DNA of 64,000 nucleotides from Octopus sinensis. Its lineage: Eukaryota. Each line of letters begins with the position of its first letter. The first letter of the stretch is position 1. The stretch is taken from positions 114,948,001-115,012,000 of the forward strand of contig NC_043002.1 in the NCBI RefSeq assembly GCF_006345805.1, read 5' to 3'. Of the stretch, positions 1 to 12,232 are shown piece by piece. The notes under the pieces are model-generated. The model was not told where the DNA came from and did not search any database. It was given only the letters and a program-made list of their open reading frames with translations. A program made the position numbers and the translations under genes.

Positions 1-257
1 CAAGGAAATAAGTTCTGTAAGATCAGTTTATCGACATTTTGGGGGCAGTATAAACAATACAGATTTGAATAGATCAGGTTTTTAACTATTTGAAACAGCG
101 AGAGCCCTTTAGTAGTCGAGATTTCGTTTGACTATATTCCACGGAAGGGACAAAGTCGTTTGACATCATGGTTTTCTACTTATGAAAACGACGATATTTC
201 TGTCTTATAGCAACGATAAACACAGAATATGTGACCGTCCACTTTTGCGTCTTCCAG

Positions 258-297
258 GAGCATACCCAGATGAAAATGCGCCCACTGAAGGATATTC
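258..297 (+). CDS. Possible small upstream exon of the host gene
   Basis: Acceptor ttttgcgtcttccAG and donor GTGAGT flank 40 nt. ATG at 270 gives MKMRPLKDI ending in phase 1, which matches the exon at 4625, but there is no signal-peptide-like core. Confidence 0.25.
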
Positions 298-369
298 GTG
301 AGTTTAAAGAAGACAGAAGTGTTTCGATACCATAAGCCCTTTTCAATAAAGCATATTTTGCTCATTTAG

Positions 370-435
<66 letters not shown>

Positions 436-1813
436 ATATATGTCTATATATGTGTGTGTGTGCGCGCGCGCGCGCGTAATGTGAGTGTATTTGTCTATGT
501 ACAAAAATTTAGTGGTGCTGATTATGAATATCAACAATAGGATATGTAATACTGTAAGCTGAGATATTTTTATAATCCGAGAATACAATAGCAATTAGGA
601 GACAAAACTCCCCCTAGAAGGTGTCTAAAATCTAAAGCTAGTCGACATTTTGTAACCTGTGTATGACTCCATTCGTTTTGTAATGAGAATGAATTACAGA
701 GAAAGCGACATTGTCAAAAGAAATATTTTGGAATTATGTCGTCTTAAAATATAAACATAATGATTATCACATTGAAATGCGACATTCAGAGTAGCTTCCT
801 TTGTCTTTCTCTCAGACAACATTAAACCAAAATATTCTGTCGGAAATGACTAGACATAAAAGTAGCAAGCAGTAAGTGGCTTCATTGTTATGTAATAGTA
901 TGAAATATAGGAAAGGAATAATGATTTTAATGTGTCACAGTAAATGAGAATGACTGATCGTATATGATGGTGTATACAGAAATAGGCGACGCGGTATTTA
1001 GATGAAACTGTGGAGGACCGTCGTTTCTTTCTGTATCACTTAAACTTGATAATGCAGACTGAGTGATAGCAGTACGGAGAGCAAACTGCTGAACTAAGAT
1101 GAAAAGAGGTGCGGAAAGAATGTAAGAGAAGTGCTAAAAATAATGGATTATCTGTATCAATAAGAGTCTCAAAGGAAAAAAATCGTTTATGGATTGTTGA
1201 CTCAGCAAAATTAGCAACCGCTCTGATTCATCATAAGACACATAATGACGATATGATAACGAAGTTTCAACAAATAAAACAAAACAAAAAAAATCAATAA
1301 AAAAGAAAAGAAAATTCTTTTATATAAAAAAAGAAAAACCCAGAATAGCTGCAGCTATTGTGGTTGGAAATTTTATAGTGTTGTAGTTTTTTTATGAGGG
1401 TAAAATAACATTTTTCAGCGGGGTGGGAACGACCCAAATCGATATAGAAATGAGTTAATTAACTTACATTGATGTATTGATAGCAGTCGCCTTTAATTAA
1501 TAGCACAACAAGAAGCAACTATATTGATATCAATAGCTTCTTCAAATGTTATATAATTGATCTGAAACGATATAAAAACGTTTGATTCTCTGAAAAAGCG
1601 TCATATGAAAAATCTGTACTGAGTGGCGGATTCTTCTCTCTGGGCGTTATTCACGCATAAAGTATATTGACTCATCATGACAAAAAGTGCTGTTATAAAA
1701 AGATAACAAGAGAAATACAAGAGTGCAAACATTATAAGGAGGCAGTAAAGATGTAAAGGTATGTTGAAGCTGACAACTGAATTGATACATCTTGACGAGG
1801 CAAGCGACAATTA

Positions 1814-3057
1814 TATAAGATGGTATCAAAATGTTCCCGGACTAGTTCTGTAGCGCGCCAACAGATGGCGGTACACGATAGTGTGTGCAGTGAGAGCTAG
1901 CAGTGACTCATGAGGCAGTATACCGAGTGGTATCGCTATGTTTATTTCGGAAGTTGTGAAATTTGTGTTTTTGTGATCACGTGTCTGATGTAGGTTGCGA
2001 TTTTATCATGGATTTGCGTTAAACTTGGGAAGTTTGTTACGGAGACATTAATCAAGCTTCGGCAAGCTTACGGCGACGAAGCAATGGGTCGTACGCAATG
2101 TTTTGAGTGGTGCAGGCGCTTCGAAAGCGAAAGGACGTCCCCGGAAGACGATGAGTGATCTGGAAGACCTACCACGGGTGTCGCCCCGGAAATGTGAAGG
2201 AAATTCATCGAGATGTGCATGAGGATCGTCGACATTAACGACATTGTTGATGTTGTTGGTCTGTCATATGGACCCCTGCAGGCAATCCTAACATCTGAAT
2301 TAAAGATGCGGCATGTCTCAGCCAAGTTGTCCTCCTCTTGCGACCATTGAGCAGAAAGAACATTGCGTCTGTTAAGATCTGTCAACATCTCCGTCAGTGT
2401 GCTGCTGATGACCCATCCTTCATGTCGAGGATCATCACCAGTGACGAGAGTTGGGTCCATGGGTACGACTCTGAGAAGAAGCAGCAGTCGTCGCAATGGA
2501 AGAGACCTTCACGACCAAGGAAGGCACGACAGAGTCGCAGCTCAATCAAGAGCATTTTCCTCATTTATTTCTTTTGTGCGACATCTGTGGTATTGTGGAT
2601 CGAGAATTCGTCCCCCAAGGCAAGACCGCCTACCAAGAGTTCTACTGCAACATTTTGAAGCGTTTGAGAGATGTCATTCGGCGACCGGATCTGTGGAGCG
2701 CGAAGAATTGGGTACTTCTCGATGTTAATGCGTCGTCGCCGAGCACTCCTCACTCGTAAGTTTCGCGCCAAAACAGTATGGTATCGCTTCTGCACCCACT
2801 CTATTCACCAGGTTTAGCATCTGCGGACTTTCATCTCTTCTCCAAGATGAAAATGCCGCTCAAAGGTCGCCGTTATAATACTGTTGCCGAGATCCAGAGC
2901 GCATCGAAGAATGTCCTCGACTCGCTTTACGGAAAACAACTTCCACGCCGGATTCCAAAAGCTCACTATTTCGAAGAAGATGATGTTAAAAACGTGTAAA
3001 TAAGTTTGTTTTTATTAAACAAAAGTAGCCCGTGAAACGGTTTCATACCACCTCATA
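1814..3057 (+). mobile_element. Full-length decayed mariner transposon
   Basis: About 33-bp imperfect TIRs (1814-1846, 3024-3057) with TA at both ends. Frameshifted transposase pieces: KLGKFVTET..AYGDEAMGRTQCFEW (HTH), RIITSDESWVHGYD (first catalytic D region) and HPLYSPGLASADFHLF (YSPDLAP-like). Confidence 0.93.
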
Positions 3058-4199
3058 GTTTTTGAAAATTTGCAGTTGATAAAAACTATGGGAATGCCGT
3101 TTCATCTTTCTCTACTTACTAGTTTGTTATTATATATAGTAAGCAGTCAATAATATAACTGTTTAAATATATAAAACCAATAAAACCAATTTTTCTAAGA
3201 ATAATAAGACTACAGATACATTTCTGCCACCTACGAGATCTTTAGATCTTTAATGATTCAGTACATGTATGCATAAAGGTGCATTGAATACAATAATTAG
3301 AATAAACAATCCTTATAAAAAATATTTCAAAACCCCAGTCTTAAGTATTTTTCTGCAATACAAATGTTATTTAAGTGTTTCGAAAATTTATTACAACACA
3401 CGCAAAATACTATGAATCTTAAGTCACAGGGAAGAAAGTCATCAGTTAAATGATGTAAAACTGAACAACATAAGGAGGAGCAATCTTGAAAGGTGATGGT
3501 GAAAAGGTGACCAAGTTATGCTATTAAATAAGGTAGAATATTAATCCAAGTTAGATTTAAAGCAATATAGTCATCGTTCTAGCTTTCACACGAATGGAAA
3601 TATCGAAAACGTTTCTCGCATACCTTTGTTAGGAAAGTGTTAAACTCCAGGAAAAAAACATTCTTGAGAATCATGGCAGAGGTTATACTGTCTATATTCT
3701 CAGTACACACAATTTTACTGCAAGTTAACCTGTAGAATATAAATGAGGCGCATGACAACGAATGCAATAACAAGAAACGCAAAAAAGCTCCAAATGGATG
3801 CTAAAATCAATTAAAGGATTAAAGCTAACAGAGATGGAAATATAGAAAACTATAGATCGTGCACTTCTCTATTCTATAAAGCATGCGTGGAACTGTGAGT
3901 CCGTGTTTTTGTGAGTTTGAGTATGAAAATATTTTTCAATAAACATTTTTGTCACATATTTCATCTGATAGCAATTATCTCGTTTCCATCAACCAAAGTA
4001 TTCACCATAGTTAAAACCATCAACATCAAGGTAACAGATACCTTCACTGGAATACTCTATGAAACACCAGAAATCTTTAATTTCTCTTCCATATTCAATT
4101 GCATGTTGGGATTTCTGTTGAAAGGTTTAGTAGCAGATTAATATTTCTATAAGTAACGATCGTTCGCCCGTACTTCAGATAAGGCCGATCTGAAGCAAA

Positions 4200-4500
4200 A
4201 TAATAACTACAACAACAGCAGTATCAACAATAACAACAACAACAAATGTAACTTAAATCGCAAATAATGTTTTTCATCAATGTATACCCCTTTGATTTCC
4301 TAGTGGCTAACAAATAAAGGACCTTCGTTTAGGGATAACACATTCTGAACTTAGATATCCACATGATTTCAATAATCCTTCAAAGAGGCAAACTTTCTGT
4401 AGAAATTCTCTTGGGCAGGCAATCCATTCCAATCTCTTTCATCCACTTGTCTGTATCATTACTCACAGTCCCCATCATACCAACTGTCACAGGCACAGGT
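4200..4500 (-). mobile_element. 3' end of a Dong/R4-like non-LTR retrotransposon, 5'-truncated
   Basis: Minus strand reads KPVPVTVGMMGTVSNDTDKWMKEIGMDC, similar to the C-terminus TIPVVIGTLGMI of the element at 30028-30678. It lies between trinucleotide microsatellites. Confidence 0.6.
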
Positions 4501-4624
4501 TTTATAGATTTCATCATCATCATCATCACCACCACATCATCATCATTATCATCATCATCATCATCATTCTCATTCTTATTATTTATATATTTATTTATTT
4601 ATCTATTTATTTTTTTTATTTCAG

Positions 4625-4778
4625 TTACGCTAACTGGAGCGTTGCAGTGTCCCAAAGATTTTAACCAGAAAACAACCGAATGTTTAGCAGATTATACAAT
4701 ACAATTGAATAATGTTGAAAATAATGATCACAAATTATTAACTGGAATTGACGTTGAAGCTATCAGAGCATTTTGCAG
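4625..4778 (+). CDS. Exon A of an uncharacterised cysteine-rich, probably secreted protein
   Basis: tttttttatttcAG acceptor and GTATAT donor; 154 nt, phase 1 to phase 2; TLTGALQCPKDFNQKTTECLADYTIQLNNVENNDHKLLTGIDVEAIRAFC. Splices in frame to exon B. Confidence 0.8.
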
Positions 4779-5055
4779 GTATATATATGTTAACAAAATT
4801 TTTCTCAGATACGAATTCGTTTCAATCTTGTATTGATCTAAACATGTTTATTACACTTCTTAATACATTTTCTTAGAAGTTCTTTTGAGTGAGTGTTGAT
4901 AATTCAAACTCAAGGACAGCTCTAGCATTTAATGATACAAAAATATAATAGACCAAAGACATCATTAATTTTTTAAAAGTCACAAGCTAGATGTGTCCAT
5001 ACATCAGAAACCAAAATAATGTCTTTTCTGTTCAAATTTTAATAATAATAATAAC

Positions 5056-5111
<56 letters not shown>

Positions 5112-5128
5112 GAACAACAACAACATCG

Positions 5129-5280
5129 AAAAATACCTTACGAATAATTACCCAGGTTCGAAATTTCCCCAAGACACCTGAAGAAGGCTGGAGAGTATAT
5201 CAGCCGAAACGTTGTGTTCAGAACAAAGAAGATAAGGATAAATATCCGTCGAATGTAAATAATGTAAATAATGTAATTAA
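5129..5280 (+). mobile_element. Short Penelope pLTR-like or retrozyme-like element carrying a hammerhead
   Basis: Follows a (TAA)n tract, contains a minimal hammerhead and ends in tgtaaataa repeats. Confidence 0.6.
5173..5218 (+). ncRNA. Minimal type I hammerhead ribozyme
   Basis: GACAC (stem I), CTGAAGA core, extra A, GGCTG/CAGCC stem II, GAAAC, GTT cleavage triplet, GTGTT (stem I partner). Palindromic AACGTT replaces stem III. Confidence 0.8.
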
Positions 5281-5784
5281 TTCTATGTTAAAAATGGTCG
5301 TTTACCAAGTGACATCGTCTGTGCTAGAATAACCCAACATTTGAAGTGTTTCCGAGGATTGTATATTATTCATGATTAAGGAAGATGTGCTTCGATGATA
5401 GTTTCTTATTATGAACAGTATTTGTATTTCCAGTTTAAAGGGACGAGACTGTCATACCCCTATTGAAAGAGGCTTTCGAGGAGTTGGTACCTTTTACGGA
5501 ATTAGTGCAGCTTTTGCGTTTGGGTCTAGGTCAGGAGTAGATGAAATATAGATGGATAAATTTGGGCAAGAATGAAGAGCAGCATTTTCTGCTCTCAAAT
5601 ATTATTGGAAACCAAATCTTATGTGAGGATTTATGCCTTACTAAAATTCCAATATTGAGCTTGTACTTCTCTTCTGCTTGCTTTATTACCAGATAAATAT
5701 AATGGAAAAAGTATTCAGAATATATTAAAATGCATGTCTTCAAAAATCTGACAAGGCATAAGTTTATTGCAAAATAAATAGTGT

Positions 5785-5982
5785 AAAATAGTGTACAAAT
5801 AATATCCTAGATAGGTAAAAAATAGTGTACAAATAATATTGTAGATAGGTAAAAAATAGTGTACAAATAATATTGTAGATAGGTAAAAAATAGTGTACAA
5901 ATAATATCCTAGATAGGTAAAAAATAGTGTACAAATAATATTGTAGATAGGTAAAAAATAGTGTACAAATAATATCCTAGAT
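5785..5982. repeat. 34-bp minisatellite, about 6 copies
   Basis: Unit aaaaaatagtgtacaaataatat(cc/tg)tagataggt in direct tandem with no spacers. Confidence 0.95.
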
Positions 5983-7489
5983 AGAATCGAAGAGACATCA
6001 TTTGACGCTTGTGTGTGTTATGTTATATAATCATTAAGTGCATGAGGACCTTGGTTCAAGCCCACTGAGCAGCCTATTAGATAAGCACTTTTACTGTCTG
6101 GGATCTTTTAATAGAGACAATAATAAAAGAGCCATCACCGTTACACACAGTATTATTAAATTATTCTACAAAAGAAATCAGAATATCTTTTCGCAAAAGA
6201 GATTAGAATGGGATTATGTTATTTCTCATGTAGGAGTTAGATGTCTTTCTTAACTCCCTCATATTATTGAAGAATATCGCTCTCGCAGGAGAAGACCCAC
6301 TTTTATAGAACTTTAACTCAACAGTGAGAACTAATGGAAAACTTTGTGTGTTGTTAGTTCGTGGTTCACTTCTCTCTCGCTTTCCTATGACTTACTTTCA
6401 GGTGTTTTCAACATCAGGCGTATTGAAAAGATATTCTCTTACGCCTAAAACGCAGCCGACTCGCTGCCGATCCATGATCTAAAAATACACACACCTTGTA
6501 AATGTATGTTTGACTTTGTTTTTAGATACCCCGAGCTGCTTCCAATTCATATTTGAGTAGAATATGGTCTTTGAGTACAACCGTTTTGTTGTCAGTTCAT
6601 TCTCAAGGAGCTAATATATATAATTTAGTCTGTATACATGGTAACTTTTTTTCTGATAGAATGATTTAAACGAATATTCTAGATAGAGCTCAAAGGCAGT
6701 TAACAATTCATTTTCAGCAGTTTATATTTGAGTGCTTACTAAATCTAGCGCTTAACGAAAATCTGTGTCGAGTTCTGGTGAACATCTTACAATTTTCTCA
6801 GCGCAATCATGGGCATTTCTTAATTACTGATTGGAAAAATCCCAACTACGTAGTCTCCGAAATTAGAAAACTTCCAAATACTCACCAGTTCTCAAGCTTC
6901 ATACTTTTTTTAAATAAACGCTTATAATGTCACATTTCTAAAGAATTAAGAGCAGGAGTAAAATTTTAACCGCTTCCCAAAATACATTATTATATTTCAT
7001 TTCTGCGATGAAAACAGACTAAGATCAAATGTATAATTTATTCGACATGGGTTTATTGGAGGAGTCGATTTAACTATAAAGTTGCTACAACATATATGTA
7101 ATCAATTTTCATTCGACATTTTGATTTTTTTTTAATGTATTTTGGTAGTAATAGAGGAAGGGCGAGGACAACACAGCTTCCGTTTACATTTCTATAAACG
7201 AAATCTGGAGTACCTGACAATAATACTTTATTACCGTCAATAGAACCAATCAAAATCAAAACAAATATTGAAGTTCAATAATATATGTTAAAACAGGAAA
7301 AATTCTAATTCACATCAAATCACTTTTAATTTCTTAAAATTCCTTCGTCCCCTTTCAACATAAAACGATATCACAAGCTCTTTATTTACTCACAGCTTAT
7401 ATAATTTTACAAATAACTAACTGCATTCGTGATATTACAGAATGTGGTTAAGTGTTGAAACTAAATAATATACAACAGGCAAATTTTCA

Positions 7490-7505
7490 GCTGTCTCGTT
7501 TACAC

Positions 7506-7536
<31 letters not shown>

Positions 7537-7880
7537 AGCACACACACAAGCACACTCACACACACAAGCACACACACACACACAAGCACACACACACACA
7601 CCTATATAGTTTTTATTTCGCCAATGCCCAGTTCAATAATAACACAATGTTATATTCGGTCATCATAGGATTTTTATGGGTATTGGTGCTAATATAATCT
7701 TATATATATATATACATGTGTGTGTGTGTATGCATGCATATTTATACATGTATATATATAAATGAAAATGCATTGAATATATAACAAAACGTAAACATGT
7801 ACGTTTTGTAGTATTTAATGCATTTTTCATATATGGAATAATTGAACGCCTCGCATCCGACTTTACAAACACATACACAG

Positions 7881-7919
<39 letters not shown>

Positions 7920-7930
7920 AACATATATAT

Positions 7931-7961
<31 letters not shown>

Positions 7962-8247
7962 TATACATACATATATAAATCAATACATATATATATATAT
8001 AAATAGATATATACATATATACACATATATATATGTATGTATGTATATATATGTATATATGTACGTATATATATGTAAATATATATATATATACATATAT
8101 ACATATATATATATACATATATGTATATCTATATATATACATAAGTATATATATATATACATATGTATAAATACATATGTTTACCTAGACATATATGCAT
8201 GTATATACATACATATGTATACGTATACATATACATATATATATGTG

Positions 8248-8329
<82 letters not shown>

Positions 8330-8433
8330 TGTATTTATATATACATATACATATACATCTATATATATACATATACATATATATACATGAATATATATGT
8401 ATATATACATATATCTTTACATATATATACATA

Positions 8434-8522
<89 letters not shown>

Positions 8523-8585
8523 CATATATATATATAAATACAGTCATACATATATGTATTTATATATATATATGTATATGTATAT
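7490..8585. repeat. Compound CA/TA/GA microsatellite block
   Basis: Seen directly; source of the YIYI and HTHT pseudo-ORFs. Confidence 0.95.
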
Positions 8586-8737
8586 TCGCAATATTACCGA
8601 ATCTGGAACTTAACTATGGTCTGTCTATAGCACTTATTCAGCATTACCTGACACCTTTGGGTCTCAATGACACCATTATCTCTTATAACCTCAACTTCTC
8701 GCTAATATAAGCACTTATCCCAGGTAAAGCTTCAGTA

Positions 8738-10190
8738 ATGTATAAACAATTCCTTCGCATCTCTCTTAAGGACACATCTATTCCTTCACAAACGACTTTC
8801 CTCTTACTCCTCCTCTCCAAGACCAAGGACCTAATCTGATGAATGCGACGGAAGGAGTTTTTCCACGATCATCCAAATTATAAAACTGACAAATATAACA
8901 ATAAATATAACCTCAAGTCTTATAAGAACCCTCCGCACAACCCTCATCTAGAAGAATTTGAAGCGAATATGATCAATCTAATTAGAAACATTAAATTCTC
9001 TAAATACAAATCACCCTTCCAAAAGAAGCTTTCTAACACTATTAAACAGATCATTACATTCTCCAAATTACACATATTCTCGGACAAAACAGGAAACATG
9101 TACCCCATCACCATCGAGGATTATAACATATTCAAAAGGAAAGAACTTAACAAATCATACAAGCTGACACCATCATCGGCCCTGAATGACACTAATGACA
9201 ACCACTGCAAACTTATGATAAAATTGCAACTCAACGACCGAACGGAACCATATTGCCCTGCATCTCCACACTTTAATCTTAAAGATCACAAGAAACACTT
9301 TATCACCAAATCTTCCATACGTTTAATATGCCCCACCAAATCCGACCTAGGAAGGGTAAGCAAAAGCATTCTGGACAGAGTAGTACCTATCGTTAAAGAA
9401 AAATTAAAGGTTAACCTCTGGTCCCACACTGGTGAAGTGATTGTATGGTTCCATCTTATAAATAACAAAAACGCATATTCATTCTTACAATTTGATATTA
9501 ACAACTATTACTCTTCTATTTCTCCTAAATCACTTAATCAAGCTCTTCTCTTTGCTAGGAACTTTACTAACCTAACCCTACTTGAAATTAACATTATACT
9601 TAACACCCGCAATACCCTTATTTCTTTTGATAGCAAAATAGGGTACCGGGCCAATAACTATAGCATCAACCGTAGCAACCTATTAAATATAACCATGGGA
9701 TCCTCGGATTTAGCTCAGGTCACTGACTTAGTTGGGCTTTATATACTACACCAGCTCCACAGGCACTTCCGTAATATCAAGGGAAGCCTATATAGGGACG
9801 ACGCTTTATTAATTACTAAAAGCATAAATAAAATCCTCATTAGAAAGAACTAGAAAGGACCTACATAAATTCTTTTCTAACCTAAACCTGTCCACAACAT
9901 TCGAAAACACCCTCAAAATTGCTAACTTTCTGGACGCAACCCTAAACTTATCAACATCCCAATACTCCTCTTACCACAAATCTAACCAGTACCTTAAATA
10001 CCTTAACATCCATTCCAATCGCTACAAATCCACTTTTAATAATATAATCAAAGGAATCTCAACCCGCATATCTGACCTCTCTTCCACTGAAGAAATCTTC
10101 AATAATCACGCACCATATTATAATCAAGCACTCGCTGCTCGCGCTTCTCCCAACATATAGAATACATCTAGAACACCTGGCTCAAATAAT
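8738..10190 (+). pseudogene. Penelope-like (Naiad-like) reverse transcriptase, disrupted
   Basis: ATG at 8738 is in frame with ORF 8843-9853 across TGA-TGA (8837-8842). RT motifs: FLQFDINNYYSSI, TMGSSDLAQVTDLVGLY, LYRDDAL. After a frameshift near 9850 the thumb region reads NFLDATLNL..YLNIHSN..ISTRISDLSSTEEIF..YYNQAL. Confidence 0.9.
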
Positions 10191-10499
10191 ACATATCTCA
10201 AATCACACGTAATAACCACCACAACCGCAACCAAACACACACAGTTGATGAGACCATGGAAGCCGCTGCATCCAGACAATGTAGACCCCACACACATTCT
10301 TTTAACAATAGGTCAAATACTAAAACAAATAAAACAACTAACAATAACAGGCCTCGCTTATCACACACCCTACACAAAAGGTTAGATAACACTCATTTAT
10401 CTAACAATTTAGATAGCTCTATTCACAGATCCCCTAAAAAGTGGCGGTCGCACCTTCATTTTGGTATCAACAATACTTTATTATCTCCCCTTCTTCCTA

Positions 10500-10715
10500 G
10501 CTATCCTGTCTAACTACCTTTGTCCAGCTAGCCGCCATGATTGACCGTTAGCTCCAATGGGTTTTTTTTTTATTTTCTCTGTTTATTTCATCGTGTTCTT
10601 TTCTGTTGAAGAACGTAGGCTCAAAACATAAAGGACTTTCTCAACTACGCGAGCGTTAGATTATTCACATGTTTGTTGTTTACACACCTGTCTTCGTCTT
10701 TTGTTTTCTGTAAAT
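10500..10715 (+). mobile_element. Penelope pLTR-like terminal repeat
   Basis: Follows the RT. Inverted homologues lie at 11195-11400 and 11625-11800. Contains a decayed hammerhead-like motif at 10598-10634. Confidence 0.75.
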
Positions 10716-10733
10716 TACAACTATATACAAACA

Positions 10734-10767
<34 letters not shown>

Positions 10768-10829
10768 TTTCTCCCCATCCATCACCCTGTTGTACTGTCT
10801 TATGTCCCTCCCCACCACTACACACTCAA

Positions 10830-11012
10830 TAACACTATAAAATGATCAAAACATTTTTCACAGGACCTTAGTTCGATTTGAAAACCCCACTAGATTGGGA
10901 GAAAGCGCTAATATATGATCTAAGTTATATGTTGTATAAAAACATGTAATATACAAATAAATGTCTGTAAATATAAAACCATCCGAATTTCTGAGTACCT
11001 CATTTCTCCTAA
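10830..11012. repeat. Unclassified interspersed repeat, same family as 25483-25760
   Basis: Shares aaaaccatccgaatttctgagtacctcattt and gaaagcgctaatatatgat with the 25.5-kb copies. Confidence 0.8.
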
Positions 11013-11133
11013 TATAATTGTATATAAGTATATACAATTATATATATATATGTATATATATATATATGTATATATATGTATATATATATGTATATATATA
11101 TATGTATATATATATATATGCGTGTATGTATGT

Positions 11134-11187
<54 letters not shown>

Positions 11188-11194
11188 CGGGAAG

Positions 11195-11793
11195 CTTTAT
11201 GAAAATAGACAAAAGACGAAGGCAGGTGGAAAACAAACAAACAATTGTATTAGTATGGCGCTCAGGAAATATAAATAAAACAAGTCTTTAACGTTTCGAG
11301 CCTACGCTCTTCAACAGAAAGATACACAGAGGGAAAAAAACACAGAAAGAATGAGAGAAAAAAATGCGTGCAGTAACTAACGAACCAACATGGCGATCTG
11401 ATTTCGGCCAGAAGTCAAAGATCAAACATGAGACGCGAGAGCGAAATTAGGGGAGATAATAGGGTTGATAATAGGGTTGAGTGACCAGCTCCAACATAAG
11501 GGTGTGTGGGTGTGTGTGTGTATGAGAGAGTATTAGTGCGTATGAAGGTCTGGACGTGTGTATGTATAGGGTTGGTGTATGTATTAGAATGTATTAGTAT
11601 GTATAAGGGAGAGTTTACGAAAAAAAAACAAAAGACGAAGACAGGTGGTGTACAAAACAAACAGATGTATAAGTATAACGCTCAGGAATAGAAAAGGGTT
11701 TTACGTTTCGAGCCTACGCTCTTCCATAGAAAGGGACACAGAAAAAACAAGGAGAGAAAAAAATGTGTGTAGTGGCTAACGATTTATCATGGC

Positions 11794-11800
<7 letters not shown>
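11195..11800 (-). mobile_element. Two tandem Penelope pLTR-like repeats with an intervening 3' region, inverted relative to the RT copy
   Basis: About 180-bp units at 11195-11400 and 11625-11800, each containing acgtttcgagcctacgctctt on the + strand. Confidence 0.75.
11285..11322 (-). ncRNA. Hammerhead-like motif with variant core CUGUUGA
   Basis: Minus strand: TCTTT, CTGTTGAA, GAGC/gtag/GCTC, GAAAC, GTT, AAAGA. Stems I and II are intact; A6 is replaced by U. Confidence 0.55.
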
Positions 11801-11855
<55 letters not shown>

Positions 11856-11861
11856 TATATA

Positions 11862-12232
11862 TAAGGAAGAATGCTACGATCAAGAAGGTAGATGACAATG
11901 AACTTTTTGTGTGCACAGTTTGAGACAGAACATGCCTTTCTTTTGCTGCGTTCAAATCTCAATTGCAAGCCTATGGAAAACGAACCTCTACCAACTATTC
12001 TGCCTATATGTCTGTGCAAATCTAACGGAAGCCTCAAAAGACATTTGAGGATTCACACAGATCGGAAATTTTCTGCAGTTCTCGGTGGTCCAAATCGGAT
12101 ATGCAATCTATGTGGGTGTCTTGTCAGAACATTGTCTGGTTTAAAAAGTCACATCAGATGCCATGATGGTTCTAAGGTGTAGGTACAGGAGGTGTTCAAA
12201 CTCTGCATAAGGAGTAGACACTCACCACCATG
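11862..12232 (+). mobile_element. 3' end of a non-LTR retrotransposon (RTE-like) with C2H2-like fingers
   Basis: CKSNGSLKRHLRIH and CNLCGCLVRTLSGLKSHIRCH are followed by a stop, a short UTR and a caccacca tail. No TGEKP linkers. Confidence 0.45.

Noticed and set aside
3973-4100. Minus-strand open frame KSQHAIEYGREIKDFWCFIEY..EYFG after a CAG
   Set aside because: Isolated, with no recognisable family and no compatible neighbouring exon.
5785-5982. 34-bp repeat array as a CRISPR
   Set aside because: The units are contiguous with no spacers, the context is eukaryotic, and there are no cas genes.
7452-8613. Long ORFs rich in YI, HT or CV here and at about 11, 25, 27, 33, 42, 49 and 53 kb
   Set aside because: They are translations of di- and tetranucleotide microsatellites.
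8837-8842. Tandem in-frame TGA TGA as selenocysteine codons (some Naiad elements encode selenoproteins)
   Set aside because: They fall at the basic residues of the LI(K/R)RMRWK-like motif, so CGA-to-TGA CpG decay is simpler. I saw no SECIS, and the copy is also frameshifted.
11892-12182. Host C2H2 zinc-finger gene
   Set aside because: Only two degenerate fingers, no TGEKP linkers and a retroposon-like 3' end; it fits a LINE C-terminus better.
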